Below, one piece after another: positions 1 through 13,192 of a DNA stretch of 64,000 nt. The translations under genes were made by a program, and so were the position numbers. The notes under the pieces were generated by a model. That model had not been told where the DNA came from. It did not search any database and saw only the letters and a program-made list of their open reading frames with translations. Source of the stretch: Octopus vulgaris. Lineage: Eukaryota. The DNA lies in the NCBI GenBank assembly GCA_951406725.2, contig OX597832.1, positions 7,502,001 through 7,566,000 of the forward strand, given 5' to 3'. Positions within the stretch are counted from its first letter, which is position 1. Every line of letters starts with the position of its first letter.

Positions 1-254
1 TGCTCACAGACTCACACGCACGATCATAAACAGACACACGCATTTACAAATACACACACATACACACGTATACAGCTAAAGATTAACAAAAGCAAAAGTC
101 ATAGTCAAAATGGCCGCACTTTAATTACCTTCCTGACAGGGCGAGCCTAAAATTGTACGTTGATTGAAAAAGCTGTATACCTTATATTTCAAATGGTATG
201 TATGTATATGCATACTACATTGTGTATTATACATACATATATATATATATATAT

Positions 255-346
255 GGGCATATGGCGTGGTGGTTAAGAGTACGGTCTACTAAGCCCAAGA
301 TTCTGAGTTCGATTTCAGGCAGTGACCTGAATAATGATGACGATGA

Positions 347-411
<65 letters not shown>

Positions 412-600
412 ATAATAATAATAACAGTAATAACAACATCGAAAACATATCTTAGGAATTAGAACCCAGGTTCGAAATTTGCCCAAGACACCTGATGAAG
501 GCTGGAGGGTATATCAGCCGAAACGTTGTGTTAACAACAAACAAGATGAGGACAAATATCCGTCAAATATAAATAATGTACATATTTCCTCATCTCTTAT
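255..600 (+). mobile_element. tRNA-headed SINE with internal (TAC)n/(AAT)n tract and 3' hammerhead ribozyme (copy 1)
   Basis: A-box TGGCGTGGTGG and B-box GAGTTCGATTT; body matches the second copy at 62805-63150; HHR at 487-532. Confidence 0.85.
487..532 (+). ncRNA. Minimal type I hammerhead ribozyme
   Basis: GACAC-CTGATGA-A-GGCTG(gagggtatat)CAGCC-GAAA-CGTT-GTGTT: intact core, 5-bp stems I and II, palindromic ACGU stem III, GUU cleavage triplet. Confidence 0.85.
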
Positions 601-607
601 ATATATA

Positions 608-1183
608 TATTAAAAACATACGAGCATATAAACCATGTGGTTTTCATTGCCTTTCGTGTTGTGGAGCATCCTGATGAGGGGATTGTCTGAAATTTATGTC
701 ATATTATCTGACACCTTTCCAAAACGGCCCGTCGATGAAACTTTTGGATCCATTGAACATTATCTTCGTATATTAGTATGTCCTTTTAATGCTTTATAAT
801 TTCAAACTTTCCACTGGCCTTCGTGTTGTAACTCGTAAATTTTTGTTCCTTTGTATCTTATCGTGTGAATTAATAATTCACTATGTCTTACATCATATTG
901 ATGTTTTCTATTTGGCCTGCGTATTTGTTTATATTTATAAGTATTTTAAAATATTTTTAAATACCTACGAGTTTTTAAACATCTTATATGCTTGTGTTGT
1001 AACTTGTGAATTATTATTCCTTTATATCATATCGTGTGAATTTATAATTCACTATATCTTATATCATATCGACGTTTTTATATCTATTTATGTATGTATT
1101 TATGTGTTTATATATTTTTAAAATGCCTACGTATTTTTAAATATTAAATATTTATAGGTTTATATGCTTGTATGTTTTTAATA
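608..1183 (+). mobile_element. Penelope-like non-autonomous fragment with HHR, internal tandem duplication and inverted ends
   Basis: 608-634 is the reverse complement of 1157-1183 (26/27); ~170-bp direct duplication (about 823-990 and 994-1140); HHR at 667-737. Confidence 0.6.
667..737 (+). ncRNA. Degenerate type I hammerhead ribozyme with long stem II
   Basis: CATC-CTGATGA-G...long imperfect stem (TGTC/GACA)...CC-AAAA-CGGCCC-GTC-GATG; GAAA is mutated, but the GUC triplet and stem I are in register. Confidence 0.6.
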
Positions 1184-1342
1184 CTCATATTATTCTGAAA
1201 TTTATATTGATTTATTAATGTCGAAGAAAGTACACATATATACTGAATATTCTATTGGATAATAGGTCATTCCCTCTAGTTTTCCGTTCGTATTGCCTCT
1301 ATTCAAATTATAAATTACATGTATACATATATACACTTATAG

Positions 1343-1617
<275 letters not shown>

Positions 1618-1624
1618 TACATTC

Positions 1625-1840
1625 AAAATGTGACCGCGTGTGTACCGTTGGCGATTTTTTCCTCTGTCTTCCCTTCTCTGGATCTTTCCTTCTCCTTGTT
1701 TCCGACGAAGAGCTCCGCTCGAAACGTTAAACCCTTCTTCTTTCCTTCTTTCCTGAGCGTCCAATAATACTATATTTGTTCCACGTCCTCGCGTTGTTAT
1801 GTTTTCTCTTTGTGTTTTCATGTTTGGATTAACTTTATAT
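1625..1840 (+). mobile_element. Short HHR-bearing element, family CCGACGA (copy 1)
   Basis: Near-identical to 53040-53225; ends in (TA)n. Confidence 0.8.
1698..1732 (+). ncRNA. Minimal hammerhead-like motif, U4C core variant
   Basis: GTTT-CCGACGA-A-GAGC(tcc)GCTC-GAAA-CGTT-AAAC. Confidence 0.7.
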
Positions 1841-1881
1841 ATATACATACATACATACACAGACACACACAGATACATATA

Positions 1882-3154
1882 TTGGATCATCCCATAAATA
1901 AATCGTTTCTTTTTCTATTGCATGAACTAAAAGTCGGAGGGGGACGGGATAAACTACCTGTATCAACTTGCTTTAAAAGCAGGTAGTAATTTTACCGTGT
2001 ACTTATTCTTAGTGCAAGTTTTAAAGAGCGCAGTTCGATTTTAACAGTTATTTCTTGAAAGCTATAATGGAAGTGACAAAGGAGCATATTCAGCATATTT
2101 TGCTTTATGAAGTCAAAGGCAACAACTCAACGGTAAGTGCGAGGAATATTTATGCAGTATATAGGGATCGGACAATAAGCGTAAGCTAGTGTCAACGGTG
2201 GTACAGGAATTCCAAACCAGAAACTACATCATAGAAGACGATTACCGTCCTGGAAGATCTGTAGAGCTCGACGGAGTCGTTCTACAAACCGTGGTGGAAC
2301 AAAACTCCATCGTGACTGCTGATGAACTAGAAGAGAATCTTGGATTTGGATACTGAACCATTTATCGACAATCGGACAAGTCAGAAAATTGGCTCAATGG
2401 GTTCCTCACAAACCTCCCGGTCAAATCGCGCACAGAGAGTGAATGAGTGCTCTTCTTTGCTGTCACGTTCCTCGAATGAACTCTTTTTCGACTTAATAGT
2501 GACTGGTGACGAAAAATGGGTTCTATATAAAAATGTCAAGAGCCGAAAACAGTGGGTAGGGAAAGGAGAAACACCAGCACCCCAGGCTAAAGAAATTCTT
2601 CGCCTACGTAAGGTGTTGTTATCTGTTTGGTGGGATATGAAAGGTTTAGTTCCCTTTGAACTTTTAAACCCAAACCAAACAATAACAAAGGAGATCTGCT
2701 GTGAGCAGTTTGAACAGCTTAAGTCAGCACTAGAAGAAAAACAACCATCTTTGGTTTCAAGAGGAAAGGTGTTCTTCCATCAGGATAATGCTCGGTCACA
2801 TACAGTGAGGATGACTTCAAAGGGATGGAGCAGTTTGAATGGGAAACGATGCCCCACCCACCATATTTGCCGGACATTGTCCAATCTGATAATCATTTAT
2901 TCAGCAGTCTTCAAAATCATTTGGACGGAAAAAATAAGAATTCCGTGGACGAAGTCAGAGACAGTATTGGAGGAATAATTTTCGTCACAGACAAGTGAAT
3001 TTTGGAAGAGGAGCCTTGCAAGCTTACCAGGATAGATGGAAGAGTATTGTAGAAAATGAAAGAGAGTATATTTTAGATTAAAAAAAAAATTTGCTTATCT
3101 TAATTTTGAAAAATAAAAGTATGAAAAAATCGCTTTATTTATGGGATGACCGAA
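1882..3154 (+). mobile_element. Full-length decayed mariner transposon
   Basis: TIRs TTGGATCATCCCATAAATAAA / TTTATTTATGGGATGACCGAA with TA flanks; transposase starts MEVTKEHIQHILLYE (~2067) and carries VTGDEKWVLY, HQDNARSH and a decayed HPPYSPD motif; frameshifted. Confidence 0.95.
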
Positions 3155-3173
3155 TATATATACATATATATAT

Positions 3174-3249
<76 letters not shown>

Positions 3250-3256
3250 GTTAGGG

Positions 3257-3290
<34 letters not shown>

Positions 3291-3778
3291 ATACGCTTAC
3301 GCTCACATACATAGACGCGTATATATAAACAGAACTACAATGGACAATAGGTTATTCTTCTAATGACACGTCGAGTACATATATATGGTAAAAGAAGAGA
3401 AAGTCGAACTTTCCACAAACAGCTTGTGTTAGCAGTATATAGCAATCAATGCAATATATCACATAGTTCAGCGGGTAACTTAGCGTTTGAAACATCCCAT
3501 TACTGTCACCGCTGAAGCAGAACATATAAAATGAAGTATTTGAGCAGAGAGAAGAAAGAAGAGAAAAAAGTGACAACCAATGTCATAACTGCAGTTAGTT
3601 TGTGATTAGTTGCAATGAGACAAAATAGAAAAAAATATAAAAGAATGCTCAATATTTAAATGTTTTCATCCCAGATTATTGCCCATTTAACACACATCAC
3701 AATGATATCTCTCTGTCTCACAGTACATACATATGCTCTTTAACTCATTTCAGTAATGACCGGCTGCGGTCATACTGG

Positions 3779-3932
<154 letters not shown>

Positions 3933-3959
3933 GTATATATATTTCTATATATATGTTCT

Positions 3960-4218
3960 TTTATTCTCTTACTTGTTTCAGTCATTTGACTACGGCCATG
4001 CTAGAGCACCGCCTTCAAGGGTATTAGTCGGACAAATCAGTCCCAGAACTTATTTCTTAAGCCTAGTACTTATTTGATTGGTCTCTTAGGCCAAATCGCT
4101 AAGCTACGGGGACGTAAACACACCAGCATCGGTTATTAAGTGGTGACCTATCTAAGTACTAAGTTGGTTAGACGTTGCTTAACTTCGGTGGTCGGACGAG
4201 GACTAGTGCTTTCAAAGT
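3960..4218 (-). mobile_element. SINE body fused to a 5S rRNA-derived head
   Basis: 3960-4141 matches the common SINE body (as at 11140-11300 and 60390-60580); 4142-4218 is 5S-like. Confidence 0.75.
4142..4218 (-). pseudogene. 5S rRNA-derived fragment
   Basis: Minus strand reads TTGAAAGCACTAGTCCTCGTCCGACCACCGAAGTTAAGCAACGTCTAACCAACTTAGTACTTAGATAGGTCACC, collinear with metazoan 5S including box A and box C regions. Confidence 0.85.
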
Positions 4219-4298
4219 CCTGTACTTGAGTTACGTTTCGTTCTGAAATATTCGTATATTGTCTCCTATATCGAGTTATCAGTATTGCGATGCCTAAG

Positions 4299-4364
<66 letters not shown>

Positions 4365-4366
<2 letters not shown>

Positions 4367-4560
4367 CGGGAAGGTTTACGAAAATAAACAAAAGACGAAG
4401 GCAGGTGGAGTACAAACAAACAAATGTATTAGTATGGGCGCTCGGGAATAGAAATAGAACAAGTCTTTTATGTTTCGAGCCTACGCTCTTCGACAGAAAG
4501 ATACACAGAAAAGAAACAAGGAGAGAAAAAAATGCGTGTAGGAGCTAACGGTCCATCATG
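4365..4560 (-). mobile_element. Short HHR-bearing element, family CTGTNGA (copy 1)
   Basis: Homologous to 11375-11600 and 28905-29095; 3' end abuts (TA)n. Confidence 0.8.
4465..4500 (-). ncRNA. Minimal hammerhead-like motif, A6U variant
   Basis: CTTT-CTGTCGA-A-GAGC(gtag)GCTC-GAAA-CATA-AAAG. Confidence 0.6.
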
Positions 4561-4659
4561 GCGTTGTAACTTCAGGCAGAAGTCAGAGGTCAGAGGTCAA
4601 ACGCTAGACGCTAGAGGGATAGTAGGGGAGATAACAGGGTCAAGTGACTTCGCCCCAAT

Positions 4660-6541
4660 CAGGGCTGCGGAATTAATCATTAATTAATCGATTAATCATT
4701 AATTTATTTTAAAGATTAAACTTTTGTTTTATTAATTAAATTTTGATAAATCGGTTTCAAATTTAATTTTCTACTCATTATTAAGAAATGTACCGGGAGT
4801 CGAGAAGCAATAGTAACAACAGTAATATGGCGGCGGAGAAGAATCGAGTTATGAAATATAAACCTATATCAGGTCGATTACGTGAACATTTTGGATTAAT
4901 ATTGTTGGCTGACGGTAATATCAAAACTGCTGATGTTTATTGCATCCATTGTGACAAATCATTCACATACCATGGATCTAGCACATCACTTACTTACCAC
5001 CTTGAAAACAAACACTCGTTAAAGTATTCAAAACCTCAGCTCGCAAAGTCAGCTTCGTTTAGTCAATCTACAGCGGCGGTGTCATCTGCCTCCAAGCAGA
5101 CTACTTTGAGTGAGTTTTATCGTTGATCTGATCATCCAGTGACTGCTACACTACAACGTGACATTAAAATATCCCCTGCAAACTGGATAGCTAATAGTGG
5201 TAGACCAATATCGGTAGTAAAAGATGGTGCTCTTCAGCAAGTTTTGCGTACAGTGCTTCAAATTGCCGAATATAAACAACCTTGCCGGCGCTCTATTGAT
5301 AAAATGTTGGCTGATATTTATAACAGCAGAAGAGAAAGTGTTTTAGAAGCAGTGAAACGTTCAAAGGCAATTTCGCTAACGTCTGATTTTTGGTAATGAA
5401 AGTTATTGCGGAATCACCAGCCATCGGATTGCTGATGATTGGAATTTAATAAGTGTTATTCTTGAATGTGTGCATGTTGTTGAACATCATTATTCCAACA
5501 ATGTTGCTGAGCTATATAAACAATTTGTAAGAGATTGGGATACAACAAAGAAGATTTAGGTTCTAGTAACAGACAATGCATGAAATTTGGTTTCAGCTGT
5601 TAATCAAAGTGTTTTGCTCATATTCCGTGTTTGGCTCATTAACTGCAGTTGAGCATATTGCACGGGTTTAAAGCCAGAAACGTCGTTTGTTAAATGTTGA
5701 AAAACCATAGGACATTTTAAACATAGCCCTATCCATAGAACTGAATTGCAGAATTGTAGTGATTAACCATTTCGTAAGCTACAGCAAGATGTTCCAACAA
5801 GATGTAACAGTACTTTTCTAATGCTGAAGAGTCTACTGCAGGCCAGAGAAGCAATAACCATCTACATGTCAGATGAAGAGAAGCAATATAAAAGTTCAAA
5901 ACCGTTCGATTCTGATTGAGAAAAGATTTCAAAATACATCAATGTTTTGGATTTATTCTGTCAGGCTATGGTCCTTCTTGGCAGTGAAAAATATGTGTTG
6001 TGTAGCTGTGTATTGCCACTGTTAATGTCTTTGACAAAACACATGACTGTAAATGATGATGATCCAGGTTATATAGTCAGATTTAAGGCAGCATCTGTTA
6101 ATGACTTCTGCAAATGTGTAGCTGACATGAAAAGTATTGAAATATTACAGATTGCAACAGCACTTAGTCCACGATATAAAAACTTGAAGTGTTTATCAGA
6201 CGATTCAAAAGAACAAACTTGGTTATTGGACAACAAATAGCAGCTGATGTTAATGATGATCAGTTGAAGACAAATGCACAAGATGATACTGACAGTGTCA
6301 GTAAAACTATATGTGAAGTGAATGAAAAGCGTATTAAGCTGAGGGAGTCTGACTCAGACATAGAAGAGGATGTCAAAAACGCTTCTGATGAAGTACAGCG
6401 ATATAAAATGGAGAAAAAAGTTGCTGAAGCAGTTTAATGAACATTGATATCCAAACTTGGCATTTTTAGCCAAGACTCTTCTGTGCATACCAGCTACCTC
6501 AGTTCCATGTGAATGGTTATTTAGCTCTGCTGATTACATTG

Positions 6542-6545
<4 letters not shown>
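4660..6545 (+). mobile_element. Decayed hAT (Ac/ZBED1-like) transposon, 3' end missing
   Basis: Starts CAGGGCTG with ATTAATC subterminal repeats; BED finger CIHCDKSFTYHGSSTSLTYHLENKH; SLTSDFW; dimerisation motif LCIPATSVPCEWLFSSA; many stops. Confidence 0.92.
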
Positions 6546-6586
<41 letters not shown>

Positions 6587-7429
6587 ACAATTTGAAAACT
6601 CCACTAGAATGGACGAAAGCGCTAATATATAATATATGATATATGATGTATAAAAACATGTAATATACAAATAAATGTCTGTAAATATAAAACCATCCGA
6701 ATTTCTGAGTACCTCATTTCTTCTAATATAAAATACTTGTACATCGTCTCCAAACCTTCTAATATATATTGTTTTAGCTTGCAGCCGCTAATATAAATAT
6801 TATACTTAAATCCAATTTTTGCCTTACTTATATATTTTTCATGATATTTTTCCTCACTATTTTTTTGATGCAAATTTTTGTTGCATGGAACCAAAACTAT
6901 GAATTTCTTCATGCTTTCTTCTATAATTGAAAGTAAGATAAATATATTTAGCTATTGAAATAAAAGAAGTTATTTAGATCTAAACATGAGTGGAGGCCTT
7001 ATTTACTCTCCTATGACGCTGCTACAAATTTTGATGTAAACTTTTTTTTTACTGGACCAAATCTCAATTTTTTAATGCCAATATGTAGCTAGGGACCAGT
7101 TCTCTTCGAAAATGTCAGCTGTTTTTGGTTAAGAACGGAATTAGCAACAAGCTCTGACAGATGCTGCGCGTGGGTAAATTGCGGCCATACGAATATTATT
7201 CAACTACTAACGTAGTGGAATGATATCTCATGAGTATTAAAGTTCTTTATTTATTTTTATAAATACACACACAGACACACACGCACGCTCATACACATAC
7301 GCATATATATATGTATATATTATGTGTATAAATTTGGTGAATACGTCCCTGACCAGGAGTCAGCTGATTTGATTAGATAGTAGTCCAACGATTACCTGGT
7401 GTTTACATATAGATACACAGAGGCGCCAT

Positions 7430-7980
<551 letters not shown>

Positions 7981-8279
7981 TGTCTGTTTGTCTCTCTAGT
8001 TGTTCACCTAGTTACTATAACGTTTACAATCATTCAACGTGCGTACACAGTTTTTTTGCGAGACCCTGTGCATATACAATTCGGAACGACTTGTTTTTTT
8101 TTTGGTTGTGGGGGGATGTTTAGAGAAATTTTTTAAGTTTTTGAAATTCTTGGTTTTAGTATCGGCGTTGTCATTTCTATTTAATGCTAGCATTTCACAT
8201 TTCTACTTAATGACAATGGTTAGCAAGAGTAGCATTACCAGCATCACCGACGTCATAATGCCACAATTACCGCCAACAT

Positions 8280-8690
8280 CATGATGTTGATGACAAAGAT
8301 GTTGACAATGATGAATATGATGATGGTAGTGCTGATGAAGATTGTAGTAGTGGTGGTGGTGTTGGTGGTTGTGATGATGATGATGATGATGGTGAAAATG
8401 ATGATGATGATGATGATGATGATTATGATGATGATGATGATTATGATGATGATGGTGATGGAGAAAATGATAATTGCAATCATTTTCATCCTCATTATTG
8501 AATTCGCCAACAACCTCGATATTCATCATGAACGCCGTCATCAACGTCATCATCAACACACCATCATTGTCGTTTTCATTATTACCATTATCTCTATTAT
8601 TAATACCATCATCACCAGCACAACCACTAACATCATCATCATCATCATTATCATCATCATCACCCCACCACCACCAATAATAATAATGGA

Positions 8691-8753
<63 letters not shown>

Positions 8754-8850
8754 CATTATCATCAACACCACCACTATCATCATTATGATAATTATCATAA
8801 TCATAATCCATAATTATAATCTCAACCATCATTATCGTCATCTTTATTAC
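8280..8850. repeat. Compound trinucleotide repeats (ATG)n, (CAT)n, (AAT)n
   Basis: Direct reading. Confidence 0.9.
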
Positions 8851-9387
8851 CGTCCCTGTTGTCACAACACCCCCCCCTTTCTCTTTCTGTCAGCCACAGA
8901 CAATGCCTTGTCATTAATAAACATCATCCGTCGGTTTACACGAATGGCAAAATAACAAAATAAATAAATAAATAAATAAAGAAAGAAAGAAAAGAAAAAC
9001 AAAACGTTAACAAACAAATAAATAAACAAAAAAACTCCTTCCCCCCATCAAACAAAAAACAAAAAAAAAATGCAAATGTCCGTTCTAAAATTACAACCAT
9101 CATCCAATGAAGTGAACTGCAGTTATTATGAAAGCCATGTATACTGTGAATGACATGTTTTGTAGAAAGGGGAGCTGACTTCACGTACAAGTAGGCTCCA
9201 AAAGGAAAACAAAACGATCGTACTGAATACAATTATAAACAGTAAAGGTTACCAGTGAGCACAGTTGAAATTGTAAAGACATCTTTGGAATTATGCTTGG
9301 TCACTGGCACGAAGCTTAGTAACGGCAAAAGCATGCGTACGCATATATAACAAGCTGGATCTAGTTATTTCAATAAATGCAAATTTC

Positions 9388-9438
<51 letters not shown>

Positions 9439-9711
9439 GTATATATATATGTATATATATATATAATAATAATATGATTTATTATTCTACTTTTGTGCTA
9501 CAATGCTTTAGGCAATGTATGTACGTAATTATATATATATATATGTATATATATATATCTGTGCATATATATGTATATATATAAATATAAATGTATGTAT
9601 ATATATGTGTATATATGTGTATATGTATAATGTATATATACATATATATACATACATGTATATACGTATATGTATATATATGTATATATATATACATACA
9701 TGTATATATGC

Positions 9712-9780
<69 letters not shown>

Positions 9781-10080
9781 CATGTATATACGTATGTGTA
9801 CATATATATATATATATATAGCTAATTCTAGTATCTCTGAAAAGTAATGGTTACTGTCACTTCAACGTGGTTATTCTAGACAGAACACTGTTTTTAACCC
9901 CAGGAAGACATCTACTCCAGCTGATTAACGACTCACTGTCTGTGTCCGTTATATTGCAAACAAAGGAATGAATAACTCCCATGTAGCGGTGATAGGAACC
10001 ACTAGATTAGGTTGCTTCTGGGTATAACGCTTCGTTGGTATTGTTTATACCTGTCTGCCAGATATGTATGTTATATACAA

Positions 10081-10131
<51 letters not shown>

Positions 10132-10811
10132 TGTTTGTATGTATAACTATCTATCTATGTAATGTCTACATAAATTCTTCGGAAATGTGTTGACTGTTCA
10201 TATCCTTTCATATCTAACATGTATCATAGTCCCTTATCCTAGGTATGAAATTGCCAACGAAGTATCTTAGCTAGTTCTAAACAAATACAAGAGTGTTAAA
10301 ACATCTAGTGATGTACTGAAGTGGACCACTGGGGAAAAAACTCATGTGTATCCGATTAACATTTAGCGAAGAGTAAAATATACAAAGAATAAGACAAAGA
10401 AAGAGTTTATCATAGCTGTAAATGATTTGTTACAATTGGTTCCGTACCAACTGCATTCTTGATGTCAATTCACGCAAAATTTCCACGTGAAAAGTGATTG
10501 ATATTCTTACGGGTTCGAAAATGTCTTAAGCATATCTGAACAGGTAACAACTTTGTATTTATACATATCACTCCCGGTTAGGGAGCAGTGTGAACTGACT
10601 CGGTGGCTATGACAAAATAAAGTGGATGGCTTTCTTATGGGTTCTAAAAGGCCTCAGACAGTTGAAACGGTAATAAGTTTGTGTGTTTGTGTGTGTGTTG
10701 CGATTACACAAATATTGCGAATTTCGCAGCCCACCTCAGTTTTTCTGTGAGTATGTATTAACATTTCATTTATTTCGCTCAGTATGCCTCGCTGATGAAG
10801 GAAAAGTTATA

Positions 10812-10985
10812 GGTGCAGGAATGGTTGTGTAGTAAGTAGCTTGCTTACAAACCACATGGTTCCGGGTTCAGTCCCACTGCATGGCACCTTGGGTAGGTGT
10901 CTTCTACTTTAGCCTCGGGTCGACCAATGCCCTGTAAGTGGACTTGGTTGACGGAAGCTGAAAGATGCTCGTCATATATATGTAG

Positions 10986-11021
<36 letters not shown>

Positions 11022-11305
11022 ATGTGCATGTGTTTATGTATCTGTGTTTATTCCCCCCAAATTATAGAAGCTCGTCGCATGTACATACGTACGTATGTAT
11101 GTATATATGTATGGATGTATGTATGCATATATCCATGTGTAAGTTTGTGTTTGTAACTCACCACGTCTTGACAACAAGTATTGGTTTTCTTTACCTCCCC
11201 GTAACTTAACGGTTCGACAAAAGAGGCACGTAGAATAAGTATCAGACTAAAAAATCAGTACTGGTATCGATTTGTTCGATTAATCCCTTCATTGCAGTGC
11301 TCTAT
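10812..11305 (+). mobile_element. tRNA-derived SINE (family B) with internal (GT)n and conserved 3' body
   Basis: Head GGTTCCGGGTTCAGTCCCACTG followed by CACCTTGGGTAGGTGTCTT; related copies at about 15650-16142(-), 42015-42160(+), 44510-45030(-), 56860-57000(-), 57400-57550(-), 58670-59045(-), 60390-60580(+). Confidence 0.8.
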
Positions 11306-11374
11306 GAAGTTCGCGGATCAGTTATTCCGCTACAAGTTTTTGTAAATTCTTAAATATATCGCCTTCTGTGTGTG

Positions 11375-11600
11375 TGTCCATGTTGAATCGCTAGCTTCTG
11401 CACGCATTTTTTTTCTCTCCTTGTTTCTCTCCGTGTTTCTTTTCTGTGTATCTTTCTGTTGAAGAGCGTAGGCTCGAAACGTAAAAGACTTGTTTTATTT
11501 ATATTCCTGAGCGCCATACTAATACAGTTGTTTGTTTGTACTCCACCACCTGCCTTCGTCTTTTGTTTATTTTCATAAAGCTTCCCGTTGTATATATATA
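11375..11600 (+). mobile_element. Short HHR-bearing element, family CTGTNGA (copy 2)
   Basis: Homologous to 4365-4560; ends in (TA)n. Confidence 0.8.
11452..11487 (+). ncRNA. Minimal hammerhead-like motif, A6U variant
   Basis: CTTT-CTGTTGA-A-GAGC(gtag)GCTC-GAAA-CGTA-AAAG; palindromic ACGU stem III, GUA triplet. Confidence 0.7.
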
Positions 11601-12002
11601 TACTACCAAACAAACAGGATTTTTATTGAACTCAAAATGCTTTTTGCAGTCCCGTTCTGATTACTTTCTTAAATACTTTCTTGTAAACTGTATTTAACAT
11701 TTGCTTATTATTATCAAAACATGTATATATGTATTGTTCGAATATTATTGTCTATCCATTTGTAGGCCAACTCACTCAAAGTGAAATTAATAATTGCATA
11801 TTTTCAGAAAGTATGCAATTATACTTTTCTGACAACCAGTACTTAACACAACAAAGCTCATACAAAGCTTTACATTTTACTTGTGACAATCTTTTTCTAA
11901 AAAAGTGAAACCGGTCAAGTGGATAAACATCTTTAAAATTGCATTTTCAAACCTTCTTTCATATATATTTCCACTTGTGCGGTTCCTTAAAACTTTACTT
12001 TG

Positions 12003-12075
<73 letters not shown>

Positions 12076-12277
12076 TATATATACATATATATATATCTAA
12101 TGGGGTGCTGTTAATAATGGTTTTATTCAACGTATTCCCTTCTCAGATTTATACCCTTATTGCAGAGGTCTTTCAGTTTTTCTAAGCCCTGTAAAAGAAC
12201 TCCTACCAGGTTTGACCTCCTACCAGGCCTTTTGCGACACCCTTAAAACCATGAACGTTTCAGCACCCTTTCGTAAT

Positions 12278-12830
12278 ACAGGATGTTCAAAAAGTCTCTT
12301 CGCAGTAAGTTTTTTTTATGGCAAAATAAATATTTATAAGATGGTATAAAATAGTATAAAGGATATATTAGATTTTACAAGATTTAAAATCTTTATAAGA
12401 GGCATTAAATGTGTCGTCCTTCATTTTCAATACATAAGTTGGCTCTTCTACACATGTTTTAAAATACATTTTGGAGAGTCTGACGCGGTATGGACCGTGT
12501 GACGGTTATAATTGCGTATTTTAGCTCATTAATGGTATTCGGGCGATTCTTGTACACTGATCCTTTACTTGCTCCCCAGAAAAAAAGTCTGGCGGTGTTA
12601 AATCGGGTGATCTTGGTGGCCAAAGTCCCTTCGATATGATCCGTTCACCGAAAAACTCTTGAAGTAGCGCCATGGTGATGCGCAAAGTATGTGCTGTAGC
12701 TCCATCTTTCTGAAAGTATGCAATTATTAATTTCACTTTGAGTGAGTTGGCCTACAAATGGATAGACAATAATATTTGAACAATATCTCTCGGTGTTGAT
12801 GGTGTCAATGCGGAGAGACTTTTTGAACAC
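12278..12830 (-). mobile_element. Tc1/mariner transposase C-terminal remnant with right TIR
   Basis: YFQKDGATAHT and WPPRSPDLTPPDFF in ORF 12521-12736; TA-CAGGATGTTC end at ~12278. Confidence 0.85.
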
Positions 12831-12864
12831 CATATATGTATATGTATGTATATGTATATATATT

Positions 12865-12895
<31 letters not shown>

Positions 12896-13130
12896 TATAT
12901 ATATATATATATACATACACATATGCACTAGTGCTTATGTGTACATATGTGTACACACACACACATACATACACATACAAACACACATGCGCTCGCGCAC
13001 GCATACACATACACACAAGCACGTACTTACATATATATATATATATATATCATGGCAATTGGTTCAATTTAATTAAGATTGTTAACAGACTTGCGTCCGC
13101 ATATTTTCTGTTCATCTCTCTCTCTCTCTC

Positions 13131-13192
<62 letters not shown>

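Noticed and set aside
4142-4218. Functional 5S rRNA gene
   Set aside because: Both ends missing, diverged and fused to a SINE.
4788-6545. Domesticated ZBED gene
   Set aside because: Multiple stops and frameshifts plus a transposon terminus.
9060-10680. Possible host exons in non-repetitive stretches
   Set aside because: No recognisable reading frame or protein motif; small exons cannot be excluded without RNA data.
10792-10810. CTGATGAAGGAA as an HHR core
   Set aside because: Cut by a SINE at 10812; no convincing GAAA or stems.
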